Assembly: GCF_036365525.1 (NCBI RefSeq)
Contig: NC_090411.1
Location: 31,698,432 to 31,762,431 of the forward strand
Direction: 5' to 3'
Source of the DNA: Heterodontus francisci
Taxonomy: Eukaryota
Length of the DNA stretch: 64,000 bases
Numbering within the stretch: the stretch's first letter is position 1; each line of letters starts with the position of its first letter. Shown piece after piece: positions 10,815 through 24,792 of the stretch. The notes beneath the pieces are model-generated. The model was given only the letters and a program-made list of their open reading frames with translations, was not told the origin of the DNA and made no database searches. The position numbers and the translations under genes were made by a program.

Positions 10815-11473
10815 AGGTGCAAGGAAGTGCATTCCAGGGCCTGCTAAGACAATACAATTCACAAATGCAGAAGTGGTTAAGCCAGTTAGTCACATGACTG
10901 ACCGACTGGCCAACTTGGGTTTTTGTTTGTGCCACACCTGAAAAGAAATCAGGTGTGCAACTGAAGCTAGAAGAAGGAAGCCTCTCTCCTGGCTGTCTCT
11001 CTCGCCTTCTCCCAAGCACCCGGACACATGGAAGACACGTACACCTCAAGAGAGAAAAGACTCGGACATCAAAACAAGTTGAATCCTGAACGGGTCCCCA
11101 ACAAATAGCAGGAGGTACCAGCACCCACAGACTCCACATTGAACTCCAAGGGCAGTAAATAACTAACAGATATTGCCTCAAACTTTTTCCCCTTGACTCT
11201 ATCTGCATGTGTTTATTGCGTATGCATGCTAGTGTGGTCGTGTTACATAGTTGTAGTCGTTAACTGGATTAGAGTTTAAGATTAATAAACTTCTCCCTTG
11301 TTTGTTGAAATCTAAAGAAACCTGTCTGATTTCTTAACCTGACACTTGGAGCAGTGAACAAGGATTGACTCAAGGGGAGCTTAAAAGCACTTGTTAAAAT
11401 TAAACCCCGTCACAGTTAAACCAGACAAAGGCTGAGAGTGAACTCCTATCCCTCTTCTCACCTAGTCATAATG
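10815..11473 (+). mobile_element. 5'-truncated LTR-like fragment at the site of the lost exon 1 and promoter of C1
   Basis: AATAAA near 11284; ends CTCACCTAGTCATAATG, resembling the terminus of the other solo LTR (CCCACCTCAGTCATAACA); left boundary approximate. Confidence 0.55.
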
Positions 11474-12211
11474 TAATCCCACAAGTTTGCTAATGGGAAT
11501 CCCATTTTGCATTGTGTGTGCAATTGGATCTAAAGTAACATGGCTTAGAGAATTGATGTATCCCTGTGTGGGTCTAGAACAAGTCAGGGATACCAATCTT
11601 GATCACAATAGGTTCAGCAAGTGCCAGGGCATTGGTAGTATAAAAAAAATATTGTTCCCCTCAGATACTGCTACTTATCTTGCCCAAAACCCTGAAGTAG
11701 CATTCCCGAGTACTTGTACTATCAGCTAACAGGAATAGATCTTCCTTTCTCAACCTATCAGCATCCTTAGACCTCTATCAAATCTCTCTGCTTTGCCTTT
11801 TGTTCGATGAGAATAGGGGTGAAAACAAAAGGCACTAATTCAGCATCCCTTCCTCATATCACACAACTGCATGACATGTCATCTGCAGCAAAATTGCACA
11901 TTTCACATATCCCCTACAAGTTTCTCAGTGACAAATGGAAGACATGTGCAAACTATCCTAGTCAGACATTGAATCAAGTTTAGGAAGCTGGATATAGAAG
12001 GGCAAAACTTAAAGGCATGTTCAAGTTTCAGTAGAAAATCAACCATTAGCTGGGCATCTTGGTGATCAGAATAATGAAATGAGTTACTTATCTATAAGAA
12101 ACAAAATCAGTCCATGATAAATACATTTATTTCCATATACAGCAAGAGATGAGAAAACTGGGAATCAAAAAGCATTCAGCAAGTATAGAATTAATAGTTG
12201 TAGAACCCCAA

Positions 12212-14459
<2,248 letters not shown>

Positions 14460-14525
14460 AATCTTTACTATTAACAAAAAAAAACTAAACTCCAACAATC
14501 TAACTGCTTCCTGCACAATCTCTTG

Positions 14526-14761
14526 TATTTATACTAGTGGGACACCCTGCATTCAAACAGGGGAATGACATCATTATTGATGATTGACAATTCCAGGTAG
14601 CCAGTCAGGAATCGTTCATGAATCATTCAGGAATCAGGCACCAATTGACAATGTAGACGGACTGTGGGGGTTCGACCCAGCGACAATGAGAGCTGTGGAA
14701 TACAGGCAGGTTTGGATGATTATACTGTGATTGGAACATAGGAACAGGAGGAGGCCAATCA
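14526..14761 (-). promoter_or_regulatory. Proximal promoter of ferritin D1
   Basis: TATAAATA at 14526-14533; palindrome broken (CATTATTG); short internal duplication near 14620; CCAAT pair. Confidence 0.65.
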
Positions 14762-15049
14762 GCCCCTCAAGCCTGTTCTACCATTCAATTAGATCATGGT
14801 TTGTGTCTTCAGGCCATTTGCCTGCATTGGTTCCATATTGTTTCATACCCGTACCTAAAATAAATCTAACAGCCTCAGTTTTGAAATGTTTAATTGATCT
14901 TAAAATTTTGTGGGAGACAGTTCCAGATTTTTCCCTTCTTGTGAAGAAATGCTTCCTGACACCACTCCTGAATGGTCTAGCGCTAATTTTAAGATTATAC
15001 CCCCTGTCCTGGACTGCCCCACCAGAGAAAATAGTTTCTCTCTATATAC

Positions 15050-15900
15050 TGTTATGTCTGAGGTGGGAGGAATTCACTGTATTTTCTAGCACCAATTCTC
15101 CACAGGTCACAACATATATTTAAATGTTTACCCAGTTACCGATACGGTCAATCATGGACTCTATTGTTATCCCAAAAGAAAATACACCAACAGGTTTCTT
15201 TAATAAACAACAAAATTATCAGTTTGTTATAAAACGAGACTTAACCAGTAATATAGCAAAGTATTAACACACAGATTGAAATATAAAAGTTCCCTTTTAA
15301 CTTAGCCCATGACACACACACATACACACATCGGATAACCAGAAAATTAGATTTTCTTTTTAGAGCTCTGTTAAAAAAAAGGAAAAAAAGAATACTTGGG
15401 CCAAATACTTGCTAATTCTTGAAGAAAGCAGAGAAGATACGGAAAGATGTCCGTTGTCCCTTTTTTGGTTTGGCGTCCCAAATACGCTTAGACGGTTGCC
15501 ACTGGGATCTTTCCAGAACAGTTCTTTTCAGGCGACATTGAAGGTCAGTTTGGCTGGTTTTCCAGGTGAGATGCGGCATCAGGTGTTTCTGGCAGCCTTT
15601 TCAGGAGACATGCAGCATCAGTTTCTCTATTTCCTACACTTCATTCACAGGACGTTCTCAAAAGATGGAAGAGGATGCTGATGGTGACTGCTCTCTTGGC
15701 TGATTTTCTCCAATTGCCTTCAAAACAGTTCACACTCCAACACACTGTTCAAAGCAAAACCAAAACAATATCTCAAGAGTCAAGCCTCCTGACCCCTATA
15801 AATTTTGACCTGTCACTTCTCTGTAAATATCTTCTCCAAGTCAAAAAGCCCCTGCTGGGATATTTATCTGATGACAGGTGACTTCCAATGAGTGTTGTTT
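15050..15900 (-). mobile_element. Solo LTR truncated by a ~370-bp deletion, within old CR1 (about 14735-16465)
   Basis: Near-identical to 38027-38880; the end of the LTR and adjacent CR1 (about 38880-39250) are missing here. Confidence 0.7.
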
Positions 15901-17804
15901 ATACAAATAAAGCATCACCTCCACCCCTTTGTATTCCAGACCCTTGAGATGATGTCTAACAGTCTAGTCAACATTTTAATTCATTTATGTACCTGTCCAC
16001 TAGCTGTTAGTAATTTCTGTACACGGACCCCAAACTCTCTCTGCTCCTCCACAGTTCCTAGCTCCTCACCATTTAGAAAATATTCTGATTTATCTCTCTC
16101 TGTCCTCGCTCTATCTCAAATTGAAATTCATCTATCACAGTTTTGGCTACTTACTTAATGTCCCTTTTCAATTTTCTGCTCCAATTTACTCTACCTACTG
16201 TAACACCTAACTTAGTGTCATTAGCAAACTTGGATATATGGCTCTCGATTCCTTCATGCCATTTATAAATGTAGTGAAAAACTGAGGCCCCGGTACAGAT
16301 CCCTGGGTGAGATGACTAGTCATATCCTGCCAATTGGAGTTCATACCAATTATCCCTACTCTTTGTTTCCTATCTCCCAACCAACTTTATGACCACATGT
16401 AAAGGTTTCCTGCAATTCCATGTGCTTCCATTTTTCCCAATCTCTTCAGCAGAATCTTGTCAGTGATATATTTGATGTTGGCTTCTTTGAGTTTTCTCAA
16501 AGTGAATCTGTTCTCGGATTCAGAGTTTGTCAACATAATCGCAGGAGTCTGCAAATAGAAATTTATTTTGTGTTGAGCACAATTGGATCCATCTCTTGGA
16601 GAATTGACACTGCGCTTGATGGGTCTAGAATGAATGTGATACCAATGTTGACCACAATATATCAAAAGAGATGAAACATGAAACAGCCTGAAACATTCCA
16701 GTGAATCTGCAAAGCAACTGACTTGCTGGGGAAATGAAAAGTGGAGAGCTTCAAACAGAACTCTATTGCTCCGTCTAAGTGCAACATGGAGGTCAAGCCC
16801 ATGGAATTTAAGAGTTGTAAAGTCCTGTGTTGTTGCTTCTGCAAAACTGAAGTCTATTGAGACTTGATTGCAAGGGAAGATTTTACCTGAAATAGAGAGT
16901 GTTATAACTACCTGACCCAAGAATTTCTGCATTCACTCATCCCAGACATTCGTAAGTATGGCTCCTGGTGAATCAGGGTGCAAGTAGTGGTTGAACAAAT
17001 GACAACCTAGCCAAAAGGTAGATGATGGTGGTGAATATTTACAATGAATAGCGTCAGAGTCATTTTAGGCACAGGATGCCATTCGGTCCATAGAGTCTCT
17101 GATGATCAGTACAACACTATCAGACCTATTCCCCTACTCTCGCCTGTAAGTATCTTTCATCCAAATGCTATTCCAGTTTCCTTTCAAAATCATTTATTGG
17201 CTACACTGTCACCATCCTCATGGGCAGCAAAGTCCAGGCCATTACCACTGGCTGTTTAAAAAAAAAAAAATCCCCTCTCAGCTAACAGGAATAGATCTTC
17301 CTTTGTCTACCTATCAGCATCTTCACAACTCTATCAAATCTCTCTGCATCACCTGCTGCTCCAATCGGATCAGGGGTCAAAACAAATTTGTGCCACTTCC
17401 TCATGTTACACAACTGCATGATATTTCACTGGCAGACACAAGAAACTACCTTTGCAATAAAACGTCCATATTTCTGATATTCCCCACAAGTTTCTCAATG
17501 AAAATTGGAAGATGTGAGCAAACTAGCCTAAGCAGACATTGGATCAATTTTCAGAAGATGGATGGAGGAGAGCAAAACTCAATGGAATGGTAGAGTTTCA
17601 GTGGAATTAGATATTAGACAGCTAGGTATCTTGGTGATCTGAATAATGAAATGAGTTACTTATCTATACAAAGAAAAACAAAATCACTCCATGATAAATA
17701 CTTTTATTTCCACATACAGCAAGAAATGAGAAAATTGCATATTAACCAGAAATGTATCACATTTTATTTCAATTATTAGAGAACTAATGATTCTAGAATG
17801 CTGA

Positions 17805-20800
17805 TTAACTCAGCGTGTGCTTGTCAAACAGGTACTCTCCCATGCCATTGTCAGGGGCTCCCAGTCTCTTCAGGTTGGTGATGTGATCTCCAAGCTTCTT
17901 GATCATCTTCACTTGCTCATCCAAGTAGTGAGTCTCCAGGAAGTCACACAACTAGAACATGAGAAATCAGGTGAGTATTGTTTAAAATAAAAAAAGTTAG
18001 CAAGTACCTTTGTTGGATTTTTTTTTAAAAATTTACACTGGGATAATGGTGAAAGTTCTATACATGGAGTAAGACTTGCTCTAGAAAACAAGCACAGGCA
18101 GCAGGCCAAGTGGTCAGTACAGAAAGAAATCATTCTGATCCTGTGGATAAGTTTAGCCAGACAATACCAAAATTTACCCACATGTGGCAAGTCAAATCTA
18201 TTATACAGGGAGTGAATGCAAAAGATCGATGCTGGAGAAACCAAGTGCCTTGTGAACAGTTCAGTGATCTACAGCTAGTGTGATGGCCTTTTCACCCAAA
18301 ATGCGAGCATGTAACCAACCTATATGGAATTCTACTAGAGTTAAGGGTAGATTCTAATTATAATCTTTCAACCTGAAAACTCATTCCAATATTAGCTTAC
18401 ATGAGGGTCAGTGTTGCCAGTGGAGAGTTTGTGCAGATCCAGCAGACTCTGGTTCACATCCTTCTCCATCTGCAGAGCTCTCTGCATTGCCTCCAGACCA
18501 TTGCTCCACTCATCCTGCTCTGGCTTCTGGAACAAAATAGTAGTCCTGTTAATGGGAGTGCAAAGTCCAAGGGATGTTATGCCCAAGGTCAACAGGGTTA
18601 GCAGCAAAGATAATCTGTACAACCCAATACTATGAGGGACCATTGTAGGAGACTAGATCAGTTCATAGAGTGTGCTTTGCCATTTTTGGCCAAAGCTCCA
18701 ATCCCAATTCACCCAAATATGCTCCATTTTGTCTTTCTCCAAATCCTTTTAGCATCCTTAACTTTGTCCATGGGAAGTCTACAACTGTAGACCACATTCT
18801 CCAGACTGTTAGCTCATTAAGCACCAAGAATTTAGGGAGCTAGGCAGCAGATTAAAAGCAGGACATCAAAGGTTTAATCTCTGGATTATTCCTGGTGCCA
18901 CATGCTTGTGGGTATCGGAATGAGAGGATAGAGCACAGGAATGCATGGCTGAGGTGGTGCAAGAGGGAGAGCTTTAGTCTCCAGACTCCTGGGTCAGTTT
19001 CTAGCAAAGGTGGGACCTGTTCAGATGCAATCCATCCAACTTGAACAGGACCAAGATCCTTGTTAGGAAGTTTGCTGGTGCTGTTGGGGAGTGGGGTGGG
19101 AGAGGGGTGGTGGCACTGGAGTTTAAACTAATTTGGCAGGGGGATGGGATAGAGAAGTTACAGTAGGGAGCGATGCATAGTCAAATATAGAAGAAATTGA
19201 GTCAGTCTGGAAGGCAGAGCAAATATAGATCTGTTGAGGCACAAAGGGAAAATGCATGTTGGATTGCATCTGTTTTAGTTTAGTTTAGAGATACAGCACT
19301 GAAACAGGCCCTTTGGCTCACTGTGTCTGTGCTGACCATCAACCACCCATTTATACTAATCCTACACTAATCCCATATTCCTACCACATCCCCCACCTGT
19401 CCCTATATTTCCCTACCACCTACCTATACTAGGGGCAATTTATAATGGCCAATTTACCCATCAACCTGCAAGTCTTTGGCATGTGGGAGGAAACCAGAGC
19501 ACCCAGAGGAAACCCACACAGACACAGGGAGAACTTGCAAACTCCATACAGGCAGTACCCAGAATTGAACCCAGGTCGCTGGAGCTGAGGCTGCAGTCCT
19601 AACCACTGCACCGCCCAGGGTTCTTCCTACTAAGGCAGATGAATTGAGGGCACTGATTAACACAAGAGAGTGATATTGTTGCAATCACAGACATGGTTGA
19701 GGGAAGGGAATGACTGACAGCTCAATATTCTAGGGTACAGAATCTTCAGGCATGACAGGGGCAGGTGTAAAAGAGGTGGCATTGTACTGTTGATCAAGGA
19801 GTCAATGATTGCAGTAAAGAGGGATGATATCTTAGGTTCCTCAAATGAGGCCATATGGGTAGAATTTAAAAACAAAAAGGGGCAATCACTTGGAGTGTAC
19901 TACAGGCCTATAAACAGTCAGGGAGATAGAGGAACAGATATGTAGGCAAATCTCAGGTGTAAAAATAGGGTAATAGTAGGGGATTTCAACTTCCCCAATA
20001 TCAACTTGGATAGTCATAGTGCAAAAGGCTTAAAGGGGCAGAATTCTGAGTGCATGTAGGAGAGCTTTTTGAGCCAGCACATGGGAAGTCCCACAAGAGA
20101 AGGGTATGGGACCTAATCCTGGAGATTGAAACCAGATAGGTGGTAGAAGTGTCAGTGGGGGAGCATTTTGGAGATAGTGGCCATAACTTGAAGATTTAAA
20201 AGGTAGTTATGGAAAAGGACAATGAGGGACTGCAAATAAAAGTACTAATGGGGGTTGGGGGTGGGGGGGGGGGGTGGTGGGCAGGAGACGGAGAAACTGG
20301 GAGAATGGCTGGACTTGTTCTCACATTGAACAACTTCTTCAACTCCATGCATTTCCTTCAAGTAAAAGGTGTCGCTATGGGTACCCGCATGGGTCCTAGT
20401 TATGCCTGTCTTTTTGTGGGATATGTCGAGCATTCTTTGTTCCAGTCCTACTCAGGCCCCCTCCCCCAACTCTTTTTCCGGTACATTGATGACTGTATCG
20501 GTGCCGTTTCCTGCTCCCGCCCCGAACTAGAAAACTTTATCAACTTTGCTTCCAATTTCCACCCTTCTCTCACCTTTACATGGTCCATCTCTGACACTTC
20601 CCTTCCCTTCCTCGACTTCTCTGTCTCCATCTCTGGGGATAGGTTGTCTACCAATATCCATTATAAGCCCACTGACTCCCACAGCTACCTCGACTACACT
20701 TCTTCACACCCTACCTCCTGTAAGGACTCCATTCCATTCTCCCAGTTTCTCCGTCTCCGACGCATCTGCTCTGATGATGCTACCTTCCATGACGGTGCTT

Positions 20801-23694
20801 CTGATATGACCTCCTTTTTCCTCAACCGAGGATTTCCCCCCACTGTGGTTGACAGGGCCCTCAACCGTGTCCGACCCATTCCCCGCACCTCTACCCTCAC
20901 CCCTTCCCCTCCCTCCCAGAACCGTGACAGGGTTCCCCTTGTCCTCACTTTTCATCCCACCAGCCTCCATATCCAAAGGATCATCCTCCGCCATTTTCGC
21001 CACCTCCAGCGTGATGCCACTACCAGTCACATCTTCCCCTCCCTTCCCCTGTCAGCATTCCGAAGGGATCGTTCCCTCCGCGACACCCTGGTCCACTCCT
21101 CCATTACCCCCACCACCTCGTCCCCGTCCCAGGGCACCTTCCCTTGCAATCGCAGGTGTAATACCTGCCCATTTACCTCCTCTCTCCTCACTATCCCAGG
21201 CCCCAAACACTCCTTTCAGGTGAAGCAGCAATTTACTTGTACTTCTTTCAATGTAGTATACTGTATTCGCTGCTCAGTGTGGTCTCCTCTACATTGGGGA
21301 GACCAAGCGCAGACTGGGTGACCGCTTTGCGGAACATCTCCGCTCAGTCCGCAAGCAGGACCCTGAGCTTCCGGTTGCTTGCCATTTCAACACTCCCCCC
21401 TGCTCTCATGCTCACATCTCTGTCCTGGGATTGCTGCAGTGTTCCAGTGAACATCAACGCAAGCTCGAGGAACTGCATCTCATCTGCCGATTAGGCACAC
21501 TACAGCCTGCCGGACTGAACATTGAGTTCAATAATTTCAGAGCATGACAGCCCCCCACTTTACTTTCATTTTTAGTCATTTTTTCTTCCTTTTTTTTTTG
21601 CATTCCTTTTTACATTTTTTACAATCTTTTTTTGCATTTATTTCATTTCATCTTAGTTTGTTCAGTTTGCTTACCCACTGTTTTTTTCAGGTTGTTTTTC
21701 TTCAGGTTTGCACTTGCTGATGTTCAATATTCAGTATATTCACACTTAATCTGTACTAATGCTTTGTCTTTCAACACACCATTAACATATTGTTTGCCTT
21801 TGCTCCATGAACTTTTGGTCAGCTATGTGGCCTGGTCCAATCTGCACCTTCTCCTTTGTTATCTCTTGCCCAACCCCCACCTCACTTGTTTATAATCTGT
21901 GACTTTTCTAATATTTGTCAGTTCCGAAGAAGGGTCACTGACCCAAAACATTAACTCTGCTTCTCTTTCCACAGATGCTGCCAGACCTGCTGAGTGAATC
22001 CAGCATTTCTTGTTTTTGTTTCATCAGGATGCTGCCTGGGCTGGAGAATTGCAGCTATGAAGGGAGACTGGATATGCTAGGGTTGTTTTCCTCAGAGCGA
22101 AGGCCAAGGGGGTGAGCTGACTGGTATACAAAATTATGAGGGGCATTAATACGATGGGAAGAAACCTTTTCCTTTAGCAGAGGAATCAATAACCAGGAGG
22201 CATAGACTTAATGGAAAGGGGCAGGAGGGTTAGTGGGGATTTGAGGAAAGATGTTTTCACCCAAAGGGCAGTTAGAATCTAGAACACTGAACGGGTGGTA
22301 GAGGCAGGAACCCTCATCATTTTAGTGTTTCGTTGTGTACTTGAAATGCCATAACAGACAAGGCAAGGGGCCAAGTGTTGGAAAATAGGATTAGAATAGA
22401 TCAATGCTTGATGGTTGTCTCAGAAATGATGGGCAAAGGGCCTGTATAACTGACATTTATGTTTGAGCCAATACTTTACAATGCAGAAGTTGTTCCTTCT
22501 GAATATCCATTTATTGACCTTATATCTATAGAAGAGGCAAAGATCAGTCATACCAACTCATTCTATAGCCACTCACCAACACTAGAAATTTTACTCCTTA
22601 ATCTCACCATATGGAGAACTGAAGTTATTAGAACAAGGAACATTCTCTGAAAGTATCCAAGTTAGATCATAGACTCCTTCATGTTAAAACCCAACCTTGA
22701 TGTTCTCAAAGATAATACGGCCTCCACGTTTATTCTGGAATTTCATCAGTTTCTCAGCGTGCTCCCGTTCCCCATGTGACTGCTCCTTGAAGAACTCAGC
22801 AAAGTGACGCAGGGCAACATCATCCCGGTCAAAGTAATAGGACTGCAGGTAGAGGCAAAATGGAAAGGGAGAGAAGCCAGACCCAAAACTCATTGGCAGC
22901 CATGTCAAAAATGGTAGTAATATCATGGTAGATAAATCACTCATTCTTTACATCAAAAGAGTTTGCTTTCAATTAAAGGGGCTTGGTTTTTCAAGTTTAT
23001 GCTGTAAAACACCAAGTATGTTGAAAGGCCCCTCCCTGTGACATTACAAAAAGCAATAATACTATTTGGATCAAAGTTCCATTTCAGCATTCAAACTATA
23101 GTTCAGCAGGCCATCCTTTGTCCCCCAATGAATATTTAAATGATTGAAGAAAAAAAAAAATCATCAGTAGATGACTGCTTCATGCAAGATTATCCCTCAT
23201 ACAAAAAAAAAAGAGTTCAGCATCACAAGATTTACTCATTTACAAAGGGGGAAAAAGTAAAGACAGACCAGAACTAATCAGACAAAGTTTCACTAAACTA
23301 AATAGTTGCCATCCAAGTTGGAAAAGATAACTAGGTTTATACATCTTCAAAATGAATCCTCTATTGGAAACCACACAGAACCTTGGAATAACTTTCAAAA
23401 ATTGAACACAAATATGACAGAGCAAGGAACAGAGTCTCTGCTTCAAGGGTGTGCACAGATTTAAGTCAAGGGAGGACTAGAGAGAAAGATTATGAACCCA
23501 ACTGATTAGCCTAGAGAAATTCTAGATTCTCAATGCATTGAAATTCCAATCTTAACTTTGAAACAGGACCCCAAGAAAACAATACACACCATGGAAAGAT
23601 AAACATAGGAGGAATAGAGCTCCAGGTTGATTTGCTTGTTAACAGCATCTTCACAGTCCTTGTGGTAATTCTGACATACTTGAGAGGCCATCAT
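17805..23694 (-). CDS. Ferritin H/M-type subunit, gene E1 (exons 23694-23590, 22842-22696, 18526-18401, 17951-17805)
   Basis: Four intact exons; 4.2-kb TE-filled intron 2; variants E61G, L82F, D84N; TAA stop. Confidence 0.92.
19273..19617 (-). mobile_element. tRNA-derived SINE (HE1/V-SINE-like)
   Basis: A-box GCAGTGG and B-box GGTTCAATTCT on the minus strand, V-domain-like core, CR1-like tail ending in (CTAAA)n; empty site in H near 59375. Confidence 0.85.
20284..22023 (+). mobile_element. 5'-truncated Penelope-like element
   Basis: RT motifs GVAMG..MGPSYA and YIDD, GIY-YIG start VVYCIRC (ORF 20209-21321), 3' pseudo-LTR; same family as 27413-32232. Confidence 0.93.
21920..21956 (+). ncRNA. 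Degenerate hammerhead ribozyme in a Penelope pLTR
   Basis: AGTT CCGAAGA AGGGTCACTGACCC AAAA CATT AACT; G12 and G16.2 changed to A relative to the other three copies. Confidence 0.6.
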
Positions 23695-23762
23695 AATCTT
23701 TACTACTAACAAAAGCCCAGTTCCAATAACAACAATCCAACTGCTTCCTACACAAGCTCTTG

Positions 23763-23986
23763 TATTTATACTGCTGGAACAGCCTGCATTCAAACAGGGA
23801 ATGACATCATTAATGATGATTGACAATTCCAGGTAGCCAGTCAGGAATCGTTCATGAATCCAGGCACCAAATAACAATGTAGACGGGCTGAGGGGTTGGA
23901 CCCAGAGACAATGAGAGCTGTGGAAAACAGGCAGGTTTGGATGATGATACTGTGATTGGAACATAGGAACAGGAGGAGGCCAATCA
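23763..23986 (-). promoter_or_regulatory. Proximal promoter of ferritin E1
   Basis: TATAAATA at 23763-23770, palindrome, CCAAT pair. Confidence 0.7.
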
Positions 23987-24278
23987 GCCCCTCAAGCCTG
24001 TTCCACCATTCAATTAGATCATGGTTTGTGTTTTAAGGCCATTTACCTGCATTGGTTCCATATTGCTTCATACCCGAACCTAACAAAAATCTAACAGTCT
24101 CAGTTTTGAAATGTTTAATTGATCTCAACATTTTGGGGGAGACAGTTCCAGCTTTTTACTTCCCTTTTTGTGAAGAGATGCTTCCTGACATCACCCCTGA
24201 ATGGTCTGGCTCTAATTTTCAGATTATACCTCCTGTCTTGGACTGCCCCACCAGGGAAAATAGTTTCTCTCTATATAC

Positions 24279-24792
24279 TGTTCTGACCGAGGTGGGAGGA
24301 GTGCATTGTTTTTCTAGTTCCACTTCTCCACCGGTCACAACATATATTTAAATGTTTACCCAGTTACCGATTCGGTCAATCATAGACTCTATTTTTACCC
24401 CAAAATAAAATACACCAACCAGGTTTATTTAATAAACAATATAATTTTCAGTTTATTCTAAAACAAGACTTAAGCAGTAACAAGGCAAAGCATTAATACA
24501 CAGATTGAAATATGAAAGTTCCTTTTACCTCAGCACCTCGCACAGATACATACACACACACACCGGATAACCAGAAAAAAAGAGATTTTCTTTTTAGAGC
24601 TCTGTTACAAAAAAACGGCAAAAAGAATACTTTGGTCAAATAGTTTCTCATTCTTGAAGAAAAAAGTGAAGATAAGGAAAGATGTCAGTTGTTCCTTGTT
24701 TGGTTTGGTGTCCCAAATATGCTTAGACAGCTACTACTGGGATCTTTTCAGAACAGAAACCTAACAAGAACTATCGCAGCACCGACATAACC
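24279..24792 (-). mobile_element. Internally deleted solo LTR within old CR1 (about 23960-25570)
   Basis: Near-identical to 8871-9384. Confidence 0.7.

Larger units (their letters stand above)
18827..22457 (+). mobile_element. Degenerate CR1 LINE in intron 2 of E1, interrupted by a SINE and a Penelope element
   Basis: Endonuclease-like remnants (GDFNFP), RT C-terminus and CR1 3' UTR; same insertion site as in E2 and H; absent from B, D and F. Confidence 0.85.

Noticed and set aside
16387-16932. 181-aa ORF (191 aa at 39706-40281) as a host gene
   Set aside because: It runs into CR1 remnants and is frameshifted in the other spacer copies; retention in D1/D2 reflects recent duplication.
20209-21321. 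370-aa ORF as a novel CR1-Penelope fusion protein
   Set aside because: The fusion depends on the length of an unstable G-run, lacks the RT N-terminus and has no evident promoter.
23530-23964. 144-aa ORF giving ferritin a ~90-aa N-terminal extension with a hydrophobic stretch (also 46808-47242)
   Set aside because: It reads through the TATA box and starts in the CR1 tail; the frame is broken in A, B, D and F, so it is most likely chance.
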